Source: Candidatus Saccharimonadota bacterium | GTDB lineage: Bacteria > Patescibacteriota > Saccharimonadia > Saccharimonadales > UBA4665 | Assembly: GCA_027356105.1 (NCBI GenBank) | Contig: DAIEGT010000001.1 | Location: forward strand, 61,929 to 125,928 | DNA length: 64,000 bases | Reading direction: 5' to 3' | Shown: one piece after another, positions 39,019 through 47,852 of the stretch | Position numbering within the stretch: the first letter of the stretch is position 1 | How the letters are laid out: every line of letters starts with the position of its first letter | Notes under the pieces: generated by a model | Seen by the model: only the letters and a program-made list of their open reading frames with translations | Told to the model about the DNA's origin: nothing | The model's database searches: none | Translations under genes and position numbers: made by a program

Positions 39019-39450
39019 TTAGGCTGCTGTAACAGAAGTACTAGCAGTATTTGCAACAAAACTTACTATAACTTGAGCGGCAATTACTACTACAATACCA
39101 ACTAAAGCATATATTAAAGTATTCTTGGCTGAACTTACCTTATTTGAATCTCCACCAGATGTTACATATTTAAAACCAGCAACAATTAACATTACTACCG
39201 AAATAACTCCAACTATATATGTAAAAGTAGTCACAATTGTGTGTGCGAGTGTTCCAAGGGTGGCTGTAGCACTACTGCTTCCACAAGAACCATTCGCTGT
39301 TCCTGTTGATGATTGTGTTATTCCATTACAAATATTAGTAATAGGGACTGTAGCATAAGCTGAACTGCTAGTAATTGGTAATAAAACTGGTACAAATGTC
39401 ATAAGACTAATTGTTAATACTGTTAAAAACTTTTTGATTTTAAGTGCCAT
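39019..39450 (-). CDS. VirB2/TrbC-like T4SS pilin paralog 1
   Basis: 143 aa with a signal peptide ending AYA, a short Cys-containing ectodomain, and two hydrophobic helices joined by the loop FKYVTSGGDSNKVSSAKNTLIYALVG. Confidence 0.7.
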   Translation of the reverse strand: MALKIKKFLTVLTISLMTFVPVLLPITSSSAYATVPITNICNGITQSSTGTANGSCGSSSATATLGTLAHTIVTTFTYIVGVISVVMLIVAGFKYVTSGGDSNKVSSAKNTLIYALVGIVVVIAAQVIVSFVANTASTSVTAA

Positions 39451-39533
39451 TTTGATCTTCCTTTATTTATAAATTATTAAAATACTTACGGTATTTAGAA
39501 ACAATTATATATTAAATCATTAAAATACAATAA

Positions 39534-39932
39534 TCAACCATTTTTAACCTTACTGAAGACTAACAACATCAGTGTACGAGATATGATGACAAATGCTAAG
39601 CCAATTAGAGCGTATGTTAAAGTTTGTTTCGCTTGAGTAACCTTATTCGAATCTCCGGAACTGGAAGAGTATCTAAACCCACTTACAATCATTAAAATAA
39701 CTGTCAAAATACCCGCTACATAAGAAAAAATATTGAGAATTGAATTTATTATATTGCTAATTGGGTTGCCTGTGTGTGCATTGTTATTTATAGTAGAGCA
39801 GACGTTGGTTGAACTTAAAGAAGAATTTGAAGAACAGGCTTTGAAGACATTTGCTGCAAATGAAGTATTTGTAACCAAAAGAGGTGTGGTTAGTATGATC
39901 ATGGAAATAATTAATACTTTACCTATTTTCAT
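39534..39932 (-). CDS. VirB2/TrbC-like T4SS pilin paralog 2
   Basis: 132 aa with a signal peptide ending SFA and the loop FRYSSSSGDSNKVTQAKQTLTYALIG between two helices. Confidence 0.7.
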   Translation of the reverse strand: MKIGKVLIISMIILTTPLLVTNTSFAANVFKACSSNSSLSSTNVCSTINNNAHTGNPISNIINSILNIFSYVAGILTVILMIVSGFRYSSSSGDSNKVTQAKQTLTYALIGLAFVIISRTLMLLVFSKVKNG

Positions 39933-40258
39933 ACTTTAATATTCCCCATAACAATATCAATAATAGTAGTAGCACTTGCTGTAATTATTCCCCCAACAAT
40001 TGTATAAATGATTGTCTTTCTAGCATTTGCAACCTTCTGAGGATTTCCTTCTGAAGTTATTAACATAATACCGCCAATCACAATCATTAAGACCGTTAAG
40101 CTGCCAATTATATAAAATACCACTCCCAGTACATCGTTTAGTGTAAGGTTTGAAGCTTTAGTAGTTGGTAGACCAGAAATACTACAAATAGCTGAATTAC
40201 CTGAAACACATACGGTTGAAACTCCTAATAAATGTATCATTCTAAATAAATTCATCAT
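39929..40258 (-). CDS. VirB2/TrbC-like T4SS pilin paralog 3
   Basis: 109 aa with the loop MLITSEGNPQKVANARKTIIYTIVG. It shares an ATGA overlap with its neighbours. Confidence 0.65.
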   Translation of the reverse strand: MMNLFRMIHLLGVSTVCVSGNSAICSISGLPTTKASNLTLNDVLGVVFYIIGSLTVLMIVIGGIMLITSEGNPQKVANARKTIIYTIVGGIITASATTIIDIVMGNIKV

Positions 40259-40620
40259 TTAATACTCGATGCTATGAAATTTACTATAATTGAGGCAGAA
40301 AATGCAATTACTAAGCCAATTAAGCCGTTTTGAATTATTTTACGAGCTTTAACAACTGATTCTGAATTACCGGCACTTGTGATATAGGCGATTCCGCCAT
40401 AAATTACATAAAAAAAGGCTAGTATTAAAATAACCCGAAGCAGTATTTCTATAATTGCAGCCACTACCAACCATATATCAGATATTGAACTAATGCTCGG
40501 CGAACAAAGACCATTGGCGCCAACTGTTCCGTTTAAATATTCATACCAGCTTGGAAAACCTAATAAATTACCGTGTTTACAAACTGTTGAGGTTGTAGCT
40601 GCTAAAATCTGAAAATTCAT
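40255..40620 (-). CDS. VirB2/TrbC-like T4SS pilin paralog 4
   Basis: 121 aa with the loop IAYITSAGNSESVVKARKIIQNGLIG. It has ATGA overlaps on both sides. Confidence 0.65.
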   Translation of the reverse strand: MNFQILAATTSTVCKHGNLLGFPSWYEYLNGTVGANGLCSPSISSISDIWLVVAAIIEILLRVILILAFFYVIYGGIAYITSAGNSESVVKARKIIQNGLIGLVIAFSASIIVNFIASSIK

Positions 40621-41192
40621 GCTTTAAAAAATCCTGCTGGAATTAAATAATTTAATATAGCGTATATAAAAATGAAAAATATTAATGCAATGATTGATGA
40701 TCGTATTCTCTTGATTGCATTTGCAACTTTCTGTGAATCACCACCTGCGGTTGTGTATAGAATACCAGCATATATAATTGAGCCAACTATTACCAGCCCG
40801 ACTCCATCAGATAAAAATCTTATTAATGAAAAAAGCAAATCAATAATTGGTGAACTATTTTGGCTACAATAAGCAGCTCCACTAGCTCCGGCTACACATG
40901 CATCACCTTTACAGCCAAAATCTATTGAGGTTGTTTGTTTTTCTGATCCAGTACCACATTGGTAAGTAGTTGGGGTTGAGACTGTTGAAGTAGTAGTAGT
41001 AGTGGTGGTGGTAGTGGTAGTTGAGTTAGGACGTGGAGTTGCAAGAACAGCATAGACCGCATTACTACCAATTAGACTAGACTGACTAATTAGTAAAAAT
41101 AATAGAACAGGCCACGATAGTTTAATGAGTTTCAAATGCAATATTTTGATTCTATTATAATATACGTTTTTTTTTGCTTTTTTATTTCGCAT
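40617..41192 (-). CDS. VirB2/TrbC-like T4SS pilin paralog 5 with poly-Thr linker
   Basis: 191 aa with a long signal/anchor, an 11-Thr run, a Cys-rich segment and the loop ILYTTAGGDSQKVANAIKRIRSSIIA between two helices. Confidence 0.65.
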   Translation of the reverse strand: MRNKKAKKNVYYNRIKILHLKLIKLSWPVLLFLLISQSSLIGSNAVYAVLATPRPNSTTTTTTTTTTTSTVSTPTTYQCGTGSEKQTTSIDFGCKGDACVAGASGAAYCSQNSSPIIDLLFSLIRFLSDGVGLVIVGSIIYAGILYTTAGGDSQKVANAIKRIRSSIIALIFFIFIYAILNYLIPAGFFKA

Positions 41193-41262
41193 ATATCATA
41201 ATTGTACTGAAGTGATAAATTAAATCAAGTTATCGAGATATAGATTTGGTATAAAAATAGAA

Positions 41263-44085
41263 ATGCATACATTTAAAAGAACATACGTCGTTGGGCTTGG
41301 TATCTTATTGATATTAATCGCCTTAGTGCTACCAGTTAGTACTACTCTTGCGGTTACAGCAACTTCAACATCTGGCGGTAACAGTACTTCTTATCAAAAC
41401 AACAATGCAGAGCTTACTTATAATGGGCAAACATTCTATGAGTGTAAGACCACTACTTTGGCCGATTTCTGTAGTTTTAGTTTTTCTGGAAATGATACAT
41501 CTTACGGGGCTCCTAACTTAACATCTTCAAACGTTGCCAATACATCTGCTTCAGGTGCAACACCTTCGAGCGGATCTTTTACCTATTATTTTAATCAATC
41601 AATGATAAATGCAATGTGTCCAGGGACTGCTGCAAATATTAGTGGTTTTCCAGCAACTTGTACAACGGGAACTATTTCGAATTTAAGTTGTAATAGTTTT
41701 TGGAATATATTTAAAAATACAAATTCAGCCTTCATTGTGTCGGGTGCTTCAAGTATAGTTAACTCAAGTGGTTTGATTAATAATACATTCGATCCTAATT
41801 CTGCAATGTATTTTACAGCCTCAAAACCATTCTCTTTCAATGATTTAACTTCTTCACCTCCAATACAAGGTACTACCTGTCTTGGCCCGAACCCAATAAC
41901 TTCATCAAGATCAATTGGTCAACCTCAAGGAAGTGTAATTAGTGTAGCTGCTGGTTCTTATGTAGTGCCATCTACTACCACAACTGGTTCAACTGGTAAC
42001 TCAAACAATAACACCAAGGCGGACTGCACAGCGAGTGGTATAGATCTAAGCTGGATTATATGTCCTGTTATTGATGGGATATCAAACATAATAAGTGGCT
42101 TCTATAACTCGGTACTTGCTCCAATGTTAAATGTTGATAGTAGCCAATTTATTGGATCTTCTAGTTTTTTCTACCAAGCCTGGTCAAATTTTAGAATAAT
42201 TGCTGATATTCTTTTAGTATTAATAATGTTGCTGGTTGTTTTTGGCGAAACAATTGGTGGTGGACTTTTAGATGCCTATACAATTAAAAAAGCTATCCCA
42301 AGATTAGTAGTAATGGTTATTCTAAGTAATCTATCTGTCTATATTGTTGTTGCTTTAATCGATGTATTTAATATTCTTGGAAAAGGAATTGAAGCTCTTC
42401 TAGTTGCGCCTTTCCCGAATCTCAATATTTCAACAAAAGATTTTTCTGGAGTCACTTCACTTACGCTTTTATTTGGCGGTATTTGGGCTGGGGCAGCTGC
42501 TTTTGGTGGAATCGCTTTCTTTTTACTGTTTTTACTTATTCCAGGTATTCTAGCGTTAGTTGCTACTTTTATAACTTTAGGCCTAAGACAAATTATAATT
42601 ATGTTTCTTCTAATTGCTTCACCGATTGCATTCATTCTATATATAATGCCAAATACGGAAAAATATTTTAAAAAGTGGTGGGGATTACTTATTAAAACCT
42701 TAATGGTATACCCAATAGTTTTTGCAATCTATGCTTTGTCTCAAATTGCTATAGTAGGGCTATTTAAAATAAACACCAGCTCAGGCACACTAAACGTTAT
42801 CGATAGTTTGCTGGCTATTTTCGCCATGTTATTACCAATATTCTTAATTCCCTTTGCATTTAAAATGTCTGGTGGATTAGTTGGTGGTGCGTATGGTTTA
42901 TTGAATAAAGCTATGAAAGGTGAGCCATATAAGCGTTTTATAGCAGGGCAAAGGAAAAAATCATTCGGCAAACAGTTTGGCAAAATGCAAAGCAATAATA
43001 GGTATAACACAGACACGAGGTTTGATAAATTAAATACAGCTAACCGATTCAGAAATAGTTTATTACAAAATGCCACACTACTACCCGAAGCCCTACAAGG
43101 TAAAAAATCACCTAGCGCTATTAAGAATAATCTAGCCGCTGCTAGAGGATTAAGAAATAATCAAATCGGTATGGAGGCCTTAAAAAACCAGAGTCCAGCA
43201 CTCCAATCTATAGGAGGAGACCCTGATGCTGTTAACGCAGGTGTAGCGCATGGCACTAATGAAGATCTTATTGCTACTTTCTTAGCTGATATCGTTGGGA
43301 AAAGGAAGGGTTCTGCGCTTACAGACCAGGAGTTACGTGATATTAAATTAAAGGCTAGGAACGTTGCTCAAGCTGTTAGGGGTATAGGTCACGGGGCATT
43401 TAAAGAAATCGCACCAACTCTGAAGGCCCAATCTTCTGGGGCATATTCAAAAAGTCCAACTTCAAACGGAATTGCAACTATGCTTAGTGAAGTTATTGCT
43501 GCATCTGATGGTAATATAGAGTTGGCGAGACAAGGAGCTATAAGAGCCACCAAAACTGCGGGAGAGGCCGGTAGGAGCGACTTAGCACTGAGCGCTGGTG
43601 ATACATTGACTGCTTTAGATGAGGTACAAAAAGTATATGATACTTATGGGACGTTTAATAGTGTTGAAGCAGTCGCAAGGCTTAGTGAAATAAATAACAA
43701 ATACTACGAAAGAATTATCCAAACCAAAGGTGCATCTGCTTTGGTTGGAGCAAAATCTTCAGCCATCGACAATATTGCACCTACAATGGTTAAAGGACTC
43801 GATAGTTATACTACGAGTGGGCCAAACTCCGATGATTTCTTCAAACGACTGGCTGCTATTGCCAATACTTACGATACGCTTAGTAGTATTAGTCCGGAAA
43901 GCGCAGCCAAATTTTCTGATCAAGTATTGTCCAGTAGAGATTTCGGTGACGGCTCTGCTACAGTAATAGAACTGCTTGAAAAACATAGAACTGATCCAAG
44001 ATTCTTAAACTTCAGAAGAGAAGGTATGATGCAATCTCCAGGTACACAGACACCAGGATCTCCGCCTACGACACCTACTGTTTAA
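41263..44085 (+). CDS. VirB6/TrbL-like polytopic T4SS channel protein with large N- and C-terminal extensions
   Basis: 940 aa. It has a signal/anchor, a ~300 aa Cys/Ser/Thr/Asn-rich ectodomain, and at least six TM helices at about residues 310-560 (e.g. GIAFFLLFLLIPGILALVATFITLGL, IIMFLLIASPIAFILYIM, LLAIFAMLLPIFLIPFAF). A ~370 aa soluble tail follows. It sits beside the VirB3/VirB4 genes. Confidence 0.6.
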   Translation: MHTFKRTYVVGLGILLILIALVLPVSTTLAVTATSTSGGNSTSYQNNNAELTYNGQTFYECKTTTLADFCSFSFSGNDTSYGAPNLTSSNVANTSASGATPSSGSFTYYFNQSMINAMCPGTAANISGFPATCTTGTISNLSCNSFWNIFKNTNSAFIVSGASSIVNSSGLINNTFDPNSAMYFTASKPFSFNDLTSSPPIQGTTCLGPNPITSSRSIGQPQGSVISVAAGSYVVPSTTTTGSTGNSNNNTKADCTASGIDLSWIICPVIDGISNIISGFYNSVLAPMLNVDSSQFIGSSSFFYQAWSNFRIIADILLVLIMLLVVFGETIGGGLLDAYTIKKAIPRLVVMVILSNLSVYIVVALIDVFNILGKGIEALLVAPFPNLNISTKDFSGVTSLTLLFGGIWAGAAAFGGIAFFLLFLLIPGILALVATFITLGLRQIIIMFLLIASPIAFILYIMPNTEKYFKKWWGLLIKTLMVYPIVFAIYALSQIAIVGLFKINTSSGTLNVIDSLLAIFAMLLPIFLIPFAFKMSGGLVGGAYGLLNKAMKGEPYKRFIAGQRKKSFGKQFGKMQSNNRYNTDTRFDKLNTANRFRNSLLQNATLLPEALQGKKSPSAIKNNLAAARGLRNNQIGMEALKNQSPALQSIGGDPDAVNAGVAHGTNEDLIATFLADIVGKRKGSALTDQELRDIKLKARNVAQAVRGIGHGAFKEIAPTLKAQSSGAYSKSPTSNGIATMLSEVIAASDGNIELARQGAIRATKTAGEAGRSDLALSAGDTLTALDEVQKVYDTYGTFNSVEAVARLSEINNKYYERIIQTKGASALVGAKSSAIDNIAPTMVKGLDSYTTSGPNSDDFFKRLAAIANTYDTLSSISPESAAKFSDQVLSSRDFGDGSATVIELLEKHRTDPRFLNFRREGMMQSPGTQTPGSPPTTPTV

Positions 44086-44177
44086 ATAAATTGATAAGTA
44101 TGGTAAATATTTTTAAAAAAATTTTTATAAGAGTTCCAAAGATATAAAATTAAGTGATTTTGTTATAATCTAATTAT

Positions 44178-45086
44178 ATGTCAACATACAAAGTTATTCA
44201 GGATATAGAAGCAGAAGATCATATAATTGGTCCATTCTCGCTTAGGCAGTTCGTTTACCTTCTAATATCACTCTTCTTTGGTTATATTTCCGTCATAATT
44301 ATGCTAAAAGGAGCTGTTTATTTTGATATATTGTTTATACCTTTCGTATTATTTTTTGGTTTTTTGGCATTTCCGTTTATTAAAGATCAACCAACAGAAG
44401 TTTGGGCATTAGCAAAAATTAGATTCTTGGCTAAACCTCGAAAAAGACTTTGGAATCAGACAGGTATAAAAAACAATGTTACTATAACTGTTCCAAAGAA
44501 GATAAACAAACAACTTACCAAAAATCTAGATAATAATGAAGTTAAAAATCGACTGAAAAGATTATCTGAAACTATCGATTCAAGAGGATGGGTCATTAAA
44601 AATATTGATGGGCCAATCCTGCAGTTTGATAAAGACGATCAGGATGCCGATCGATTAATTATGCCGACTAAAGAAGTTCCAGACGAAACTGATTTAGACA
44701 ACAAATTCGATATTCTAGACTCAGATGCAAATCCAACGGCAAGTAAAATTGATTCTATGATAACTGAAACTGAATATAATCATCGTCAAAGATTAATAAA
44801 CCTTGTTAATTCAGCACCTCAAACACCTCAATTACCTAAAGCGCATAAAGCAATAACAAGTCCTGTTGAACTTCCGATAAAGTTGAAGAAAACTGAAACT
44901 ACTCAAGAAATCCAAGCACCCACAGTACCAGCAAAACCCGTTACTGAGATAACGAAAGAAACAAATAATTCAGTTAAAAATGCTATAATAAATTTTTCAG
45001 GTAACGACAATTTAAGTCTCCAGACAATGTCCAAAGAGATAAATAAAAAAACGTTAGAGCAAGAAGTTGTTATATCATTAAGATAG
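44178..45086 (+). CDS. PrgI/VirB3-like T4SS membrane protein
   Basis: 302 aa. The N-terminus YKVIQDIEAEDHIIGPFSLRQFVYLLISLFFGYISVII plus a second TM matches the PrgI-family pattern. It lies upstream of virB4. Confidence 0.6.
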   Translation: MSTYKVIQDIEAEDHIIGPFSLRQFVYLLISLFFGYISVIIMLKGAVYFDILFIPFVLFFGFLAFPFIKDQPTEVWALAKIRFLAKPRKRLWNQTGIKNNVTITVPKKINKQLTKNLDNNEVKNRLKRLSETIDSRGWVIKNIDGPILQFDKDDQDADRLIMPTKEVPDETDLDNKFDILDSDANPTASKIDSMITETEYNHRQRLINLVNSAPQTPQLPKAHKAITSPVELPIKLKKTETTQEIQAPTVPAKPVTEITKETNNSVKNAIINFSGNDNLSLQTMSKEINKKTLEQEVVISLR

Positions 45087-45105
45087 GTTTAGCGGTGGGC
45101 AATAA

Positions 45106-45927
45106 ATGAATCCAAATAATTTTCAGAGCAATCAACCAAACCCGAGTATTGTTGGTCAAAACAACTTAAGTAATACACCCACCCAAAACAGTATTAACCC
45201 AAATAGCACTCAAAATATACTAGAAATTGCTGAGATTAGAGACGGTATAGTTATTATGAACGATGGTTCTTTTAGATCTGTTATCATGGTAAAAAGTATC
45301 AACTTTGACTTAATGAGCCAAGAAGAGCAGGAAGCAATTGAATTCAGCTACCAAGGATTTTTAAACTCATTGTATTTCCCAATCCAAATCTTTATACATT
45401 CCCAAAAAATTGATTTAAAACCCTACATTGATCGATTAGATAAAATTAGAACAGAGCAAGATAATATGCTTCTAGCTCTTTTAATGGCCGATTATCTAGA
45501 TTTTATTGAAGCTGTCAGCCAAAAAGCCAATATTATGGACAAACTATTTTATATAATAATCCCTTACTACCCAAATAATGAAGAACAGAAAACTGTTTAT
45601 GGTAGCAAAAGCTTTTTATTTGGTTTAGCAGATCTTTTCTCGAAAAACCCATCTAAGCACGTAATTATTAATGAAGCTGATTTGGAAAAAGCTAAGACTG
45701 AACTGCGAAACAGAGTACAATCAGTACTATCTGGTTTAGCTCAAACAAATTTACAAAGCCTACCTCTTGATACCCAAGAGTTAATTGAGTTATATTATGA
45801 TGTCTATAATCCTGACACCTCAACTAGACAACAACTAACAAATATTGATAATTTGACTGAAGATTTTATAGTAAAAGGCGACGGCGTAGCCCCTCAACCA
45901 CACCTTGATAATGGATTAAAGGGTTAA
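45106..45927 (+). CDS. T4SS-associated hypothetical protein (VirB4 N-terminal-domain-like pattern)
   Basis: 273 aa with a Q/N-rich N-terminus, then ILEIAEIRDGIVIMNDGSFRSVIMVKSINFDLMSQEEQEAIEFSYQGFLNSLYFPIQIF. This resembles the start of monoderm VirB4/PrgJ-type proteins. It has no P-loop. Confidence 0.4.
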   Translation: MNPNNFQSNQPNPSIVGQNNLSNTPTQNSINPNSTQNILEIAEIRDGIVIMNDGSFRSVIMVKSINFDLMSQEEQEAIEFSYQGFLNSLYFPIQIFIHSQKIDLKPYIDRLDKIRTEQDNMLLALLMADYLDFIEAVSQKANIMDKLFYIIIPYYPNNEEQKTVYGSKSFLFGLADLFSKNPSKHVIINEADLEKAKTELRNRVQSVLSGLAQTNLQSLPLDTQELIELYYDVYNPDTSTRQQLTNIDNLTEDFIVKGDGVAPQPHLDNGLKG

Positions 45928-45937
45928 CTTAGGATTA

Positions 45938-47770
45938 ATGATGTTTAACAAGAAAAACCAAGTAAGTCCCGTAAATTTAGCCAAGGAACAAGAGCTACGT
46001 GAACAAAAGGAAGTTCAAGCAGCTTTCCAAAAAGGTATTACAGCTTTAAGAGATTTTATTGCCCCAAGTTCGATTGAATTTTCTTCAAGTTATTTTCAAA
46101 TAGGTACTAGATTTGCTAGAACTTTTTATGTTTATGGTTATCCTAGACAACTCTATACGGGCTGGCTCAGTGGTTTAGTTAATATTGATGAAGTTATGGA
46201 TATGGCCTTGTATGTCTACCCAGTAAACAGCCAAGTAGTACTTGAAAATCTAAGGAAAAAAGTTAGTCAATTAGAAGCCGGTATTCAAATTGATAACGAA
46301 AAAGGTAAGGTCCGAGATCCTTCAAAAGAAGCAGCTATAACTGATGCCGAAGAGATTAGAGATAAGTTGCAGGTGGGCGAAGAAAGATTTTTCCGTTTTG
46401 GACTTTACTTTACAATATTCGGTAACTCAAAAGAAGATTTAGACTTCATTTCAAATAAAGTCGAATCAATGTTAGGTCAACAATTAATTTATTCAAAACC
46501 AGCATCATCTCAACAGGAACAAGGATTTAACAGTACCATCCCTCAAATGACCGATCACTTACAGGTTAGAAGAAACCTTAGTACTGGTGCATTAAGTACA
46601 AGTTTTCCTTTCACTAGTGCTGATTTAACCCAGGAAAATGGCATTCTGTATGGGGTAAACATGCATAACTCGGGACTTGTTATATTTGATAGATTCTCAC
46701 TCGAAAATAGTAACTCGGTTGTTTTTGCTAAATCTGGTGCCGGTAAATCTTTTACTGTTAAGCTAGAAGCTCTGAGAAGCTTGATGTTTGGCACAGAAAT
46801 AATGATCATTGATCCAGAAAACGAATACCAGAAAATGTGTGAAGCAGTTGGTGGGGCATACATAAGACTAAGCTTAAATTCGAACACTAGATTAAATCCG
46901 TTTGACCTTCCAAAAGTCGTCGACACTGAAGAAGCCGATAATGCGCTACGCAGTAACTTAATAACTCTTCATGGATTATTCAGGTTAATGATGGGTGGAG
47001 CGCAGAATCAAATGATGGGTGGTGAATCTGTCTTAGCTCCAGCCCTAAATCCAATTGAAGAATCTGATTTAGACACTGCGCTAATTGCAACTTATGAAAA
47101 GGCTGGTATTACAAACGATCCTTTTACGCATAATTCACCACCTCCAACAACTCTTGATTTATATGACACCTTACTTCACATGGGTGGCACTGGTCCTCAG
47201 TTAGCACAAAGATTAAGAAAATATACTACAGGGACTTTTGCTGGTATTTTCTCGCAACTTTCCAATATTGAAATAAATAACCCTCTTGTTGTTTTTAATA
47301 TTCGAGATTTAGAGGATGAATTAAGACCTGTTGCTATGTATATAATCTTAAACTTTATCTGGAATAAAACTAAAAGCGACCAGAAAAAAAGAATTCTCAT
47401 AGTAGATGAGGCTTGGCAGCTAATGAAGTACGAGGATTCGGCTAACTTCTTGTTCTCGCTAGCAAAAAGAGCAAGAAAATATAATCTAGGTATTACGACT
47501 ATTTCGCAGGATGTTGAAGATTTCATCGGTTCAAGGCTAGGTAGGGCAATCGTAGCTAATGCTAGTATGCAAATACTCCTTAAACAGTCCCCTACAGCAG
47601 TTGATTTATTGTCTGATGTCTTTAAACTAACTGCGGAAGAGAAAAAAAGGTTAAGTCAATTTCCAATCGGCCAAGGTTTATTTTTTGCTGGTCAAAACCA
47701 TGTTCACATTCAAATAATTGCCTCTCCACAAGAAAATCAGTTAATCAATACTAACCCAGTAAACAAATAA
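45938..47770 (+). CDS. virB4: VirB4-family T4SS ATPase
   Basis: 610 aa with Walker A (AKSGAGKSFTVK), Walker B (RILIVDEAWQL) and an N-terminal FARTFYVYGYPRQLYTGWLSGL pattern typical of VirB4/TraE/PrgJ. Confidence 0.85.
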   Translation: MMFNKKNQVSPVNLAKEQELREQKEVQAAFQKGITALRDFIAPSSIEFSSSYFQIGTRFARTFYVYGYPRQLYTGWLSGLVNIDEVMDMALYVYPVNSQVVLENLRKKVSQLEAGIQIDNEKGKVRDPSKEAAITDAEEIRDKLQVGEERFFRFGLYFTIFGNSKEDLDFISNKVESMLGQQLIYSKPASSQQEQGFNSTIPQMTDHLQVRRNLSTGALSTSFPFTSADLTQENGILYGVNMHNSGLVIFDRFSLENSNSVVFAKSGAGKSFTVKLEALRSLMFGTEIMIIDPENEYQKMCEAVGGAYIRLSLNSNTRLNPFDLPKVVDTEEADNALRSNLITLHGLFRLMMGGAQNQMMGGESVLAPALNPIEESDLDTALIATYEKAGITNDPFTHNSPPPTTLDLYDTLLHMGGTGPQLAQRLRKYTTGTFAGIFSQLSNIEINNPLVVFNIRDLEDELRPVAMYIILNFIWNKTKSDQKKRILIVDEAWQLMKYEDSANFLFSLAKRARKYNLGITTISQDVEDFIGSRLGRAIVANASMQILLKQSPTAVDLLSDVFKLTAEEKKRLSQFPIGQGLFFAGQNHVHIQIIASPQENQLINTNPVNK

Positions 47771-47852
47771 AGTATACTCCGGTATTTTAATCTATAAATA
47801 AGTAGTTAATAATTCTCTCATGATATAAAATAGAATTAAACTAAACTAAACT

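Noticed and set aside
41193-41262. Defined divergent promoters between the pilin operon and virB6
   Set aside because: Only a weak TGGTATAAA-like element is visible, with no convincing -35 elements, so no feature is called.
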